Origin: Guillardia theta CCMP2712
Lineage: Eukaryota; Protista; Cryptophyta
DNA: 64,000 bases
Assembly: GCF_000315625.1 (NCBI RefSeq)
Contig: NW_005434626.1
Coordinates: 1 to 64,000 of the forward strand
Direction: 5' to 3'
Shown here: positions 52,801 through 64,000 of the stretch, one piece after another
Numbering within the stretch: the stretch's first letter is position 1
Layout of the letters: every line of letters begins with the position of its first letter
The notes under the pieces: model-generated
Seen by the model: the letters and a program-made list of their open reading frames with translations, nothing else
Told to the model about the DNA's origin: nothing
Database searches by the model: none
Position numbers and translations under genes: made by a program

Positions 52801-53419
52801 CGCTTTCCCCTGCCACGCCAGCCTCCATGCTGTCATGCCTTGTCTGACGCTTCTCTTCCACCAGCACCAGCACCAGCAGCAGCTCCAGCAGCAGCTCCTG
52901 CTCCTCGCTCTCCTCCCTCTCCTATCTCCTTTCTCCACCCCTACCTCCTCCCTCCCTTCACCTTCTCGCTTCCTTCCATCATCCACCACATCTCCCCCAC
53001 CCGTTTCACTGAACCTCCCTTCCTCAACCTCCACTGCCTCCCCTGCACAACATCATGCCTCTCCAGAGCTCGCAGAACAGTGATTTTATCTCTTGATGAC
53101 GCTGATTTCTTTATTTTTGAAGAATCTCTCCTCGATCGTTGCCTTGATTACTCTGTTTTGGTCTTTTTGGTGTGACACATTCAACTTCCTCCTTGAGCCC
53201 TCAGAGGGCAGAGAGCTTCCTGTCCTTGGAAGAGTTGACTTCCTGTGTTCAAACTTCACAGCTCGCCTCCATCCTTCCCTTTAGCACACGCTGCCTTCTC
53301 GGCATGAATGCAGAGGGCCTCTACCTCCCTTCCCCCCCCTCTTCTTCACGGCTGTGCGGGTCATCCCGCCGTCATCAGGCTTGATTCGGTTCTCACTAAT
53401 TCTCACAGGAGATCCGGAC

Positions 53420-56396
53420 ATGTCGGAGTTAGAATGGCCCGTGTCCAGAGTTCGCAAGACTTTCATCGAGTTCTTCCAGTCCAAGGATGAGAAGGGAGGG
53501 GCTGACGGCGGCCACACGTTCTGGGCCTCCAACAGTGTCGTCCCCTACGATGACCCCACCCTGCTGTTCACCAACGCAGGTATGAACCAGTTCAAGCCCA
53601 TCTTCATGGGCACCGTCGACCCCAAGAGTCCGCTCGCCCCTCTCAAGCGAGCATGCAACTCGCAGAAGTGCATCCGCGCGGGAGGCAAGCACAACGACCT
53701 TGACGACGTGGGTAAGGACGTGTACCACCACACCTTCTTCGAGATGCTCGGCAACTGGAGCTTCGCCACCTACTTCAAGAAGGAGGCCACGGCCTGGGCA
53801 TGGGAGCTCCTCACCAACGTGTACGGCCTTGAGCCGGACCGTCTGTATGCCACCTACTGCGAGGGCGACCAACACAAGGGAGGGACTGTGCCGCCTGACG
53901 AGGAGACGCGTCAGCTGTGGCTCCAGTACCTCCCCCCTGAGCGAGTGCTCAAGGGAAACATGAAGGACAACTTCTGGGAGATGGGAGACACTGGGCCCTG
54001 TGGCCCTTGCACTGAGCTGCACTACGACCGTATCGGAGGAAGGAACGCTGCTCACTTGGTGAACATGGACGACCCCAACGTGCTCGAGATCTGGAACGTG
54101 GTGTTCATCCAGATGTTCCGCAACAAGGATCAGTCGCTGAGCATGCTTCCCGGCAAGCACGTGGACACCGGGATGGGGCTCGAGCGCATCACCTCGATCC
54201 TGCAGGGCAAGATGTCAAACTACGACACAGATATCTTCACTCCCATCTTCGACGCGATCCACAAGAGAACTGGCGTCAGGCCCTACACCGGCAAGGTGGG
54301 CAAGGACGACAGCGACGGCATCGACATGGCGTACCGCGTGGTTGCAGATCACATCCGCACCCTGACCATCGCAGTGACGGACGGAGCTCAGCCTGGCAAC
54401 GACGGGAGGAACTACGTGATCCGCCGTATCCTCCGCAGAGGAGTCAGGTACGCCAGGCAGTACCTCTACCCTCCCGGCACGCAGTACGAGGCTGGCTTCT
54501 TTTCCAGCTTGTCCTCCATCGTGGTCGACGTGCTCGGGGAGGCGTTTCCCGAGCTGAAGGGCAACCCAGGAGTTGGCATGACGCCCGAGAAGGTGGCTTC
54601 CATCATCTTGGAGGAGGAGGTGTCGTTCCTGCGCACCCTCGACAGGGGTATCGCCCAGTTCGAGAAGTTTGCCGAGATGGACCAGTCGGCAGGAAGAATC
54701 AGCGGCGAACATGCGTTCATGCTCTACGACACCTTCGGGTTCCCCGTGGATCTCACGCTGCTCATGGCGGAGGAAAAGGGAATCTCCGTCGACTCTCAGG
54801 GCTACGAAGAGTGCATGGAGAAGCAGCGCGCGAAGTCGCGAGGTGAAGCAAAGGAGGGAGAGGTTGTGCTGGTACTGGAGGCCGAGCAGACCGACAAGCT
54901 GGCCAAGGAGCTGGGAGTCGTGGCCACCGACGACTCGACCAAGTACGACTGGACGTCAGCTGGCAGCGGGCCACGAGGAAATGCGACGGTGAAGGCGATC
55001 TGGGACGGCAAGGAGTTCCTGTCGGAGGCGAAGGAGGGGACTTACTGTGGCCTAATCTTCGACAAGACCAACTTCTACGCGGAGGCCGGAGGACAGCTGT
55101 TCGACACTGGCCGCGTCACCACCTCCGAGGCCGTGTTCAACGTCCAGAACGTGCAGAAGTTCGGAGGATACATCCTGCACTCGGGCAACCTCGGGTCAGG
55201 GTCGGTCAAGGTCGGGGACGCGGCTGAGCTGGACGTGGATTATGAGAGGAGATCGCTCATCGCCTCGAACCACACCTCCACTCATCTCCTCAACTTCGCC
55301 CTCCGCAAGGTGCTGGGAGCTGACGGGGCGGTGAACATCGACCAGCGCGGCAGCATCGTGGGGCCGGACAAGCTGAGGTTTGACTTCTCCTACGGGAAGC
55401 CGATGAAGGTCGAGGAGGTGGAGCAGGTGAGGACGCTGGTGCAGGAGCTGATCCGAGGAGGCTACCCGCTGCAGAAGAAGGAGGTAGCACTCTCTGCGGC
55501 CAAGCAGATCAAGTCGCTGCGAGCTGTGTTCGGAGAGGTCTACCCCGACCCCGTCCGAGTCGTCAGCGTCGGGCCAGTTCCCCACTCCATCGACGACCTG
55601 CTGGCTAAGCCCGATAGCGGCGAGTGGGAGAAGCTCTCGGTCGAGTTCTGCGGAGGAACGCACATGGACAACACCAAGGAGGCGGTCGACTTCTCGATCC
55701 TCGGAGAGGAAGGGACGGCCAAGGGCGTCCGCCGCGTCGTCTGCGTCACACGGGATGCGGCGAGGCAGGCGAAGCAGGCGGCCGAGGACTTTGACGTGCG
55801 CGTGGCAAACGCCGGCAGCATCACGGACATGAGCGAGCTGGACCGGGAGATCTCGAGCATGCGAACAGACGTGGACGCGATCGTGATGGACTATGTGAGG
55901 AAGGATGCGATCAAGAAGAACATCGACAAGCTGAAGGACAAGGTGCTCGCATGGGAGAAGCAGATCATCAAGGAGAAGACGGACTCGGCGCTTCGATGGG
56001 CGGAGGCGCTGGAGGTGAGCGGCAAGTTTGTGGTCGAGGAGGTGGACGTGGACGGAGACGTCAAGGCGATCGATGCGGCCATGAAGACCATCAACACCAG
56101 GGCACCGGCTCTTCCCGTCTGCCTCCTCTCCCGCTCCTCCAAGGGCGACAAGGTCTCTTGCCTGGCTGTGGTTCCAGGAGGAGCTGGAGGCCTGGACGCC
56201 AAGGACTGGATCAACGCGGCGCTCGAGAAGTGCGGCGGCAAGGGTGGAGGAAAGAGCGACCGCGCTCAGGGAGCCGCCAAGGTCTTTCTGCTGCTGCTGC
56301 CGTTGCCCTCTGACTTTTCTTGCCCAGGATGCCAGCGGCTTCGAGCAGGCGGTGGCAGCGGCCAAGGCATACCCGGCCAGCAAGGGTCTCGCCTAA
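53420..56396 (+). CDS. AARS: Alanyl-tRNA synthetase, eukaryotic type
   Basis: LLFTNAGMNQFK, QKCIRAGGKHNDLDDVG..YHHTFFEMLGNWSF, DNFWEMGDTGPCGPC, VDTGMGLER, editing motifs HTSTH and EFCGGTH, GKGGGK. One intron at 56282-56327, then DASGFEQAVAAAKAYPASKGLA*. Confidence 0.97.
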
Positions 56397-56434
56397 AGCT
56401 CCTGCTATCTTGTTATAGACCTGAGGCCTCCCAT

Positions 56435-58950
56435 TCATTCTCCTCCTCCTCCCTTTCCTCCTTTCGCTCCCGGTAGCATCGAGAGCCGTCGGAAGATCTT
56501 TCGGGCATGCCCGGCCTTGACGCCCATAATGAGCAGGTCGTCCTCCCCTGCCATCACGTCAGCCGCTGCCTCCTCTTGCTCTATCGCACCCATGGCGGCA
56601 ACGGCCTCGAGAGAGTCCCAGCCGTGCTCCAGGAACGCGGGAGCGTACTGCCCTAGCCCGAGCTCACCCAGCCATCCCACCACCGCCCACTCGCCATCTC
56701 CTCCCACAGCCTCGCGCTGCTTGGTCGCGCTCACGGGGGTGGGAGGAGGAGGAGGCGTGCGAATCTTCCTCGTCGATCTCCCTGGGGTGGAGACAACAGA
56801 TCGCGTGTCTCGGGGGGTCTTGTAGGCATCCATCATAGGAGAGTGAAAACGAACCGTCGACAGGACCTGACTAACCTCAGCTTGGCTCTCCCCTGCCTTT
56901 CGCCCCCTACTCCTTCTCTCTCACCCCCCCTCCTACCCCTTCCCTTCCTCTACCCCCTCCTCCTGCTCCTCACCTGGGTCTCATCGCCCCTGCCTAGTCG
57001 CCTTCTCTCGCCCCCTGCATCCCCCAAGTCCGACGAGTCGTCTTGACCCTCCTGCTGCATCTGCTGAATCTTCACCAGCCTGTTGACCGAGTGCCGGAAG
57101 TCCCCGAAGGAAGGGCTGCATCCCAACCGTCACAGGGGAGGAGGAGAGGGAGGAGGGAAAAGGAGGAGGGATGAGGGGATGAGGAGGAGAAACGAGTCCC
57201 CACCTGGAACTCTCGTGCTCGAGCTCAGACGTCTCGTCCTCCTTCCGCGGCCTGCAACGCAACTCAGCGGCGCGAGGCAGAGCAGGACATACGCTATGTG
57301 AGGGGAAGGAAGTTTGAGAGGACGGGGAGTCTGACGGACGTCTTCAGGGCCCATGCTGACGAAAACCTTGAGGGACAAGCAAGTTAGAGGTAGGATCACA
57401 AGCGACGGCAGAAGAGAGGAGGAGGAGGAGGAGGAGGAGAAAGTCTATAAAGGTAGAAGCTAAAGCTCATGTTTAGGTTTCCATAGGGACAGGCACGGGA
57501 AGGAGGGAGGGAGGGAGGGAGGTGATGGTGGAGGAAGAGAAGTGTTTCACATGCTCGGGGTCGTCCACTTGAGCTTCTGCTGACAGCTCCCACTCTCTGG
57601 CTCGCTGTGCAGGTTCAGATCAAGCAGAGCTTCTCCCCGTAGCAACCTCCTCCCTGCTCGTCGAGACCTCCATCTCGTCTGCAAGATCCTCCTTCTTCAT
57701 CCCCCCATCCTCCGCCGCCCCGATCGCGGGAACAGCTAGCAGGCGGTCAGTCCGAAGATCACCAGCAACATGAGGCAGGCAGGAGGTGGAGGGATGAGAG
57801 AAGAGAAGGCGGTTCTATCACCTGGGGTGTGCATGGAGGTAACGCAGTGCCATCGCCCGCTTGCATCCTTCACCCCATCCACAACTCCTACCTGCCAGAG
57901 CAGCGTCACCGACGGAGCAGGAGCCTCAGCCCTGACCTCGTGCAGACAGTCCCGCAAGACTCCCACACACCCTGGTCCGCTCAAGGGATCTCGAAGGGTC
58001 AAGGAGCACTGCTCAATGCTGCCTCCCAGCGCAGTTGAGAGTCCCTTGGAGCCCTCCAGCCTCTCCAGGCCGTTCACCGCTGCCTCAGCAGCAGCTGTGA
58101 AAGGTTCAGGGAGCTGCTACAGCGGGAGGAAGAGAGGAGCTACCATTGGCGATGTCCTGCATGACGGAGCCCTCCACGACGTCATGCACAACGAGGACGT
58201 CCAGGTACATGAGATCCCCCAAGGTCTCCTCCATCCACCTGCCCTCTCTCCGACTCTGCAACAGCAGGTGGCTGGAGCGCATTGGGGGATCATGGAGCTG
58301 CGAGCAGAGGGGAGAGATGAGGAGCACCTGAAAGACACGGCGAACATGCCAGGCCGAACGACCTCGGAGGCGGATGCATGGACGTGTGCTATCAGCACGA
58401 TCCCCGCCTGACTCTCCTGTCACTCTGCTGTCCCTCGACCTGATCGCGCACCTGAGGCTGCCTGCGCACAACGTAGAGAGGGAGGGTGAACGATGTTCCC
58501 TCCTCCTCCATCGAAAGTTCTGCAGCACCGCACGTGCAAACGTCAGGCAGTGCCTTCACGAGCAGCGACAAGTTACCGTCATGCCGCCTCGATTCTCGTC
58601 GCCCGCTCTTGAAGAAGTCGTCATGCACAACCAACAACGTCGAGACGGAGAGTCACCTGCTGTATCCCCCCTTGCAGCCTCATCGACCTGGGCAACACAC
58701 CGCCCCCCTGCCTCGCGTGAGGCGCCAAATTCACCATCGTGGATGTGGACGAGAAGGGCAGGGAGGAGGCGAACAGAAGCAGCACCAGCACCAGCAGAGA
58801 CAGAAGCATGTCACTGTTAAACTTGTTCCTCCATCCGTTGCTGTATCAGATTTCACGTTTTCTCTCCTCTTGCGTCTCCCGACTGATCCGCTGCTGGACT
58901 CTTGCGATCGCTCACCATCTCAACCCGCGATCCCTCATACCATCCTCCCT
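56435..58950 (-). CDS. Multi-exon protein with a C-terminal SAM domain
   Basis: VVGWLGELGLGQYAPAFLEHGWDSLEAVAAM|GEDDLLIMGVKAGHARKIFRRL is a typical SAM domain. Upstream exons are unrecognised and the start is uncertain. Confidence 0.65.
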
Positions 58951-59252
58951 TCCCTCCCCTTGATTCTGCTTCTGCGGGCCTTGGTTGTCGTCGTTTCCCT
59001 GTGGAGTGTCCCCCACTCGTTTCGGTGAGATGAAGAATGAGGGGTAACAGCGACTTGATGCACGGAATGGGAAATGGAAGCCCAAGATGAAGCAAGGGGA
59101 GGAGGCAATAGGGAGCGACGAATTACAAGGTGCAGGAGCGAAGAAATTCGGCGACCAGGGAAGAGCAGAGTGGGGCGAAGAAGGAAAGGGAGGGGAGGGG
59201 GGGATTTGCCGGGGGTGTTTAAGGGGGGTGATGTGGGAGGAAGAGGAGGAGC

Positions 59253-59382
59253 AGGACGTGGAGGAAATGGAGGATGTGGAGGACGTGGAGGATGTGGAGG
59301 ACGTGGAGGATGTGGAGGACGTGGAGGACGTGGAGGACGTGGAGGATGTGGAGGATGTGGAGGACGTGGAGGACGTGGAGGC
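59253..59382. repeat. 9-bp minisatellite (GAGGA[C/T]GTG), about 14 copies
   Basis: Directly visible. Confidence 0.9.
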
Positions 59383-59499
59383 TATGATCCTGGCTAGACG
59401 GAGCACTTTCGTGGCATGGCGCTTGCGACGACCCAGAGGAAACTCAAAAAGCTAGAAAAATCGAGAGGAACTCTTCGAGCTTATTGAGTTTACAAGGCC

Positions 59500-60260
59500 G
59501 GATCGCTAGTGACCCCTTGGGAAGTCAGCCTTGGGCCGTGCCAGGCCCTCCTGCACCTATCATCAGCCCCCCTCATCCCCTCCTCGCCCAACCGCTACCC
59601 TCACCATCACCCCCACCCCCCCTTTTGTCTTCATTATCACCCCTCCCAAAGAAAACCACCATACTCTTCTACACGACACCCCAACTCGTACTATAATGAC
59701 CCCACAGGACCACCCCATCAGGAAAAAAGAACCTTACCCCCCCTGCCCACCCCCTGTAAAACCCTTATAGGTACCCCTCTGACTCCTTGGTAAGTAGTAC
59801 CACCCCTCCATCGGGAGGTGAAACATGGATGGGTAACTGCGCCAACTAGTTGAGGTACGCAGGAGGCAACGAAGAGAGACAGGGGTGGTAGTATTAGGGG
59901 GTAGGGGTTGTGAAAGAAGCAAGGGTCCTGAAGGTAGGTTCATTTTGGGACGGGGAGAGTTGAATGGGGGTGGGGTTATTGGTATCGTAGGGTAGGTTTG
60001 TGTACATGTTGCTGGCCTGTGAGTGATGGGAAATAGGTGGGTAGGGGTGTAATTATTAAAACCAATGAGGGGGAAATATGGGTGGGGTACTACAGGATGG
60101 AGGTGGGGTTATTATGAAAAAGATTTCACAAGCAGTCGTTGAAAGATAGGGGGGGTGCTAGAGAGAGGGGTGGGTAGTCTCATCAGAAGCTTAGTCAGGG
60201 TAATTGGAGGCCACCCCCATCCAATCCGGGATTTACGGGGGTGAAGCTGAGGGGGTAGGG
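59500..60260. promoter_or_regulatory. ACCCC-to-GGGGT strand-switching island between the divergent SAM and channel genes
   Basis: The left part is C-rich (accc) and the right part G-rich (gggt), switching near 59810. Confidence 0.45.
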
Positions 60261-60639
60261 TCATCCTGCGTTTGGCCATGGCAAGACTCGGGCAATGTTT
60301 GAAGTATGGGGAGAGGAAAAGATGGGAGAGGAGGAGGACCGGAGTAGACCATCCTTGCTCTCCTGCTCCTGATTCTCTCTGAGCTCTTCTAGCTCTTCCC
60401 TTTCATTGTGATCTCTCTCCCTCTTTCTTCTGGCATCGACCTGGACTCCTTCCCGCACCTAAAAGTCACCCAGGCAGAAACATACATTACTCATGATGGC
60501 ATGGAAAGTCCAGGGGTATGAAATTTAAGGATTTGCCGACCAGACTTCGTCTGTCTTGAAGGTTGTTCATTCTCGTTTCACTTGATGGTCAGTCGGCATA
60601 GCTTTTGAATCTCGTCGCAACTCCCCCACACTAGCACCG

Positions 60640-63600
60640 ATGAACACGGACGATGGTTCAAGTGCCCGACTGGAATCCTTCTACGAGGTTGAAAACTTCT
60701 CCGAAGCTATCAGCGACCGTCAGAATGGCGCGCATTCTACCGGCATGGACGGGCATGCGTCGGATGCGCACAAGTTCGATGCGGGTCCCGCAGTTGGTGA
60801 GGATAATGTGCTGTTGTCTTCTCTGCTCCCCGTAACGATCTACTTGAACTAGATGCCGCGGAGAAGCAGAAACAGAAGGTGGATCCCAACCCTCAGTACT
60901 GGCGCAGACATGTTGGCCATACCGATGGGACGCTGGACATGCTTTTTGCGCCCAATATGACTCGGATGTACGTCAGCGGATCCGAGCACGAGGAGACCCC
61001 GCAAGAGGAGGTATCAGAGACAAAGAGGAAGACAATATCTGCTTTCCAGAAGGTGAAACTGATCACTGCATGGGCGAAGAAGGGCAAGTTCCTCAACGGG
61101 AGCAATGGATGGCACTCTCCCCTGAAATCTCCCAACAGGGGTTCGAAAGTTGCTTCGACCCCTGTTGAACCAGAAGCTGATGCTGAACAAGAGGTTCAAG
61201 AGATAGCTGAAGATGGCAAGGCCCTGGACAGGTTGCGGATAGCTTCCAAGAAGATTGGCATCGCCAAGAAAGCTTTTGGAAAACGCCCTGAACTGAAGCA
61301 GGCTTCATTCGCAAAGAAATTTCCCATCAACAAAGCTCTGCAGCGAGCCGCCCATCGTGTCACGATCGTCAAGGCTTTTGAGCACAACAATCTGTTCTCG
61401 AGGCTTGCGGCTGAAGCGAAGGGCTACATGAACTCTGGATCTCCAACTCTCACCGCTCTCAAGGTTTGTTGTTGCGCTTTCATCGTGACCTGATGTGCAT
61501 GACCTTGGTGTTCAGGCCATCCTCTCCAGCGATCGAACAAATGCGGAGATTATTGAGCTGACGTTTGACTATCCTTCTCTCAAAGCTGAAGTGAAGGCGA
61601 TCTTGAAGAAGGAGCAGAAGGATCGTGAGCGGCGGCTGACGGAGGAGAGGGTAAAGCTGGCTCTTGGAGGGACCAGAAGACCCTCGAGGAGGCCGACGCT
61701 GCATAAGAGCGCATCGCTCATGTCTGACCCGCTGTCGAAATGGTCGCCAGTGGAGATTGACGAGGATGAGCGGAGGAGGGTCCTCGGGTATGGTCAATCG
61801 AAAGAGGAATTCTTGGAGAGTTTAGGGGGCAAGGCGGATGTGACGGCGAATCAAGTGGTTGTTGCTCGCCTCATGCAAGCCCTGTCAGACCTGAACAACA
61901 GCCAGGAATCTGACACTTCGAGACTGCATCTTCTCAACTTCTACAAATGCTTTCACCCAGACTCAAAGTTTGTTGACATTTGGACAATAGTTTACGTGAT
62001 GTTGATCCTGTACATAGCGACGATTGGAATTTACCGAACTACGTTTGTTGAGATTCCCTCCTCTAACTGCAACCCTGCTTTCTCCGAGTGGGATTGGTTC
62101 GACTTTTCCGTGGATGGATTTTTCTTGATTGATGTGCTGCTTCGAACATTCCTGTTCGGTCAATTCGGGAATAATAATGCTTCCACATGGGAGAACTCAG
62201 AAGCGGTTTTGGAGCCATCGAAAGTGATTGTAATGTACATGAAGAACGGTATGTTGGTGGACACCATCACGAGCGTTCCGATTCAATGGATTGTCATGTT
62301 CGGAGTCCCTAGCTGTAACACGTCCAACAGCTCCCAGTTGCTCTACTTGCGTTTGCTGCGTCTATACAGATTAACTCGCATCTACAAATTGTTCCAGTCA
62401 TACAAGATCAAGAGCTGGCTACGTTACTTGAAGAGGCGGATAGGAAACAACAACATTCTGCAGATGGTCAATTTAGCTATCGTGGTGATGTCGATCAATC
62501 ACATCTGGACGTGCCTCTCGTGGCTGGTCCAGTCGACCGACAGCACCATTGATCCGGCATCTGGTCTCTCAGGGTTTGAGCAATACCAGACCGCCATCGG
62601 TCTGCAGCTAACTGCCTCGCCGTTCCAGCAGTACTCTGTCTCATTCATGGTCACTCTTCAGATCATGTTTGCCATCGATCCCTACAACGCTACCACGACA
62701 CCTGAAGCTTGGTTCGGCGTCTTGACTGTCTGCCTGAGCGTCGTCATCAACGCGACGATGTTGAGCAAAGTGATTGAGATCTGGGAGACGATCAACAGGG
62801 CGCAGACAGAGAGAGACAACAGGATCAATGCGGTGATGGAGTTCTTGCGATCCAACGGGATCGACGGGATGCTGCGCAACGACATCTTGGATTACTTTGA
62901 GTTCAGATACTCAAACGAGCACTTTGATGTTGAGAAGAAACTCCTCGATGAGTTGCCGACGGAGATGCAATCGCGGGTGATACACAAGATCTTTCCTCGG
63001 GCTCTCGATTCATGCTACCTCTTCACGGGAGCAAGTGAAGGCTTCATCGCACAGTGCGTCGTACGCATGGCTCGTCGGCCGCTGCGCACGATGCCAGGGC
63101 AAGTGATCACGGCAGAGGGCACTTTGGGCTCGGAGATGTTTCTGGTGAGCTCTTGTTGCGATGCCACACCAACTGACCGATGTCTCTGTAGCTCAAGTCG
63201 GGCTCAGCCGAGGTGTCTGTCCAGGACGTCGGAGGGAAGCCCAGGGGCCTCGGGCTGATCGGGCCTGGCCAGTGCTTCGGGGAGATCTCCTTGTGGATGG
63301 AGTCGAGGAGGACGGCAACGGTGACGTCACTGGACTACTGTCAGCTCTTCATGCTCGCCAAGGAAGATCTCGAGAACGTACTCGATCGCTTCCCCGAGAT
63401 GGCTCCCTCCATCGCCACTTTCGCCATAGCCCCGATTCTCCGCACGAAAGAACTCGTCCCCAGCATGGAGGGCCTTACGCAGTATGCTGCTGAGCGGATT
63501 GCAAGGAGAATGGCATTCAATCGGGAGGATTTCGCCGATGGTAATCCCTCCTCCTGTCCCGTGCCCTTCCTGGAGCTACCCTCTTCGCCCTCTTCCTCCC

Positions 63601-64000
63601 CTTCCATCCCTCTGATTTTCCAGCTTTCCTTCCACCTCTCTACAGTTTATTGCGATTGACGGCTGCAAGCAGGCGAGGAGCTCTGCTCCTACGGCAAGCC
63701 TGCAGCCACTGCGTACGTGATACGGACAGGGAAGATCTTCTCGGAAGTCTACCAGGGCAGGCTGGAGATCCTCCACAATGACCTGCGATGCGTTGGCTTC
63801 ACGGAGATGCTGGTCGGCAAGACGTACCAGGAGACGGTCAAGGCAAAGGGAATGGTACAGGCGTACAAACTGACATACTCGGACATGCTCGAGCTCTTGG
63901 GATCCTCCAGGTGTTCTCCTTGCGCCTCCCTCCTTTCCCCTCCCTCCCATCATGCGGCACTCACTCCTTCCCTTCCTCGCCCCATTATCACTCCCCGCTC
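60640..64000 (+). CDS. Cyclic-nucleotide-binding-domain ion channel (CNG/KCNH-like) with two CNBDs, running out of the window
   Basis: HPDSKF..IW (pre-S1), DFSVDGFFLIDVLL, S4 LRLLRLYRLTRIYKL, HIWTCLSW, C-linker ILDYFEFRY...LLDELPTEMQ, CNBD1 with FGEISL...RRTATV, and a second degenerate CNBD at about 63670-63910. Confidence 0.9.

Noticed and set aside
53429-56383. Long antisense ORFs (243, 165 and 395 aa) over AlaRS
   Set aside because: Antisense shadows of a GC3-rich gene.
59253-59382. CRISPR-like or coding (EDV)n array
   Set aside because: Spacerless 9-bp minisatellite in eukaryotic DNA with no cas genes and no supported gene model.

Overview
Gene-dense eukaryotic nuclear DNA from a draft assembly with five N-gaps. 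Genes are split by many short GT-AG introns (about 45-60 nt, with CTGAC-like branch points) plus longer introns filled with CCT/GGA, CTG and GAT microsatellites. This style and an ASAFAP-like plastid presequence point to an alga with a red-derived complex plastid; a cryptophyte such as Guillardia theta is my inference. I spliced genes by hand, so boundaries are approximate. Recognisable genes: a C-terminal J-domain protein, an LRR+PB1-like protein, a TPR protein with a Tudor-like insert, a tetraspanin, a plastid-targeted DUF1995 (AK5 C-terminal-like) protein, a LisH/RD-rich protein, PP1 inhibitor-2, lpxC, PGAP1/BST1, an MDR oxidoreductase followed by PH and PDZ exons, a compact SLX4, alanyl-tRNA synthetase, a SAM-domain protein and a cyclic-nucleotide-binding channel. 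The most striking locus is 3910-7828 (minus strand). It encodes a polytopic membrane protein with two RelA/SpoT-like nucleotidyltransferase domains in a TM-cat-TM-cat layout reminiscent of transmembrane adenylyl cyclases, and the two catalytic cores share a 226-bp perfectly identical block. Two recurrent classes of intergenic island (ACCCC/GGGGT-rich and GC-rich palindromic) are also noted. I saw no rRNA, tRNA, CRISPR array or intact transposase.
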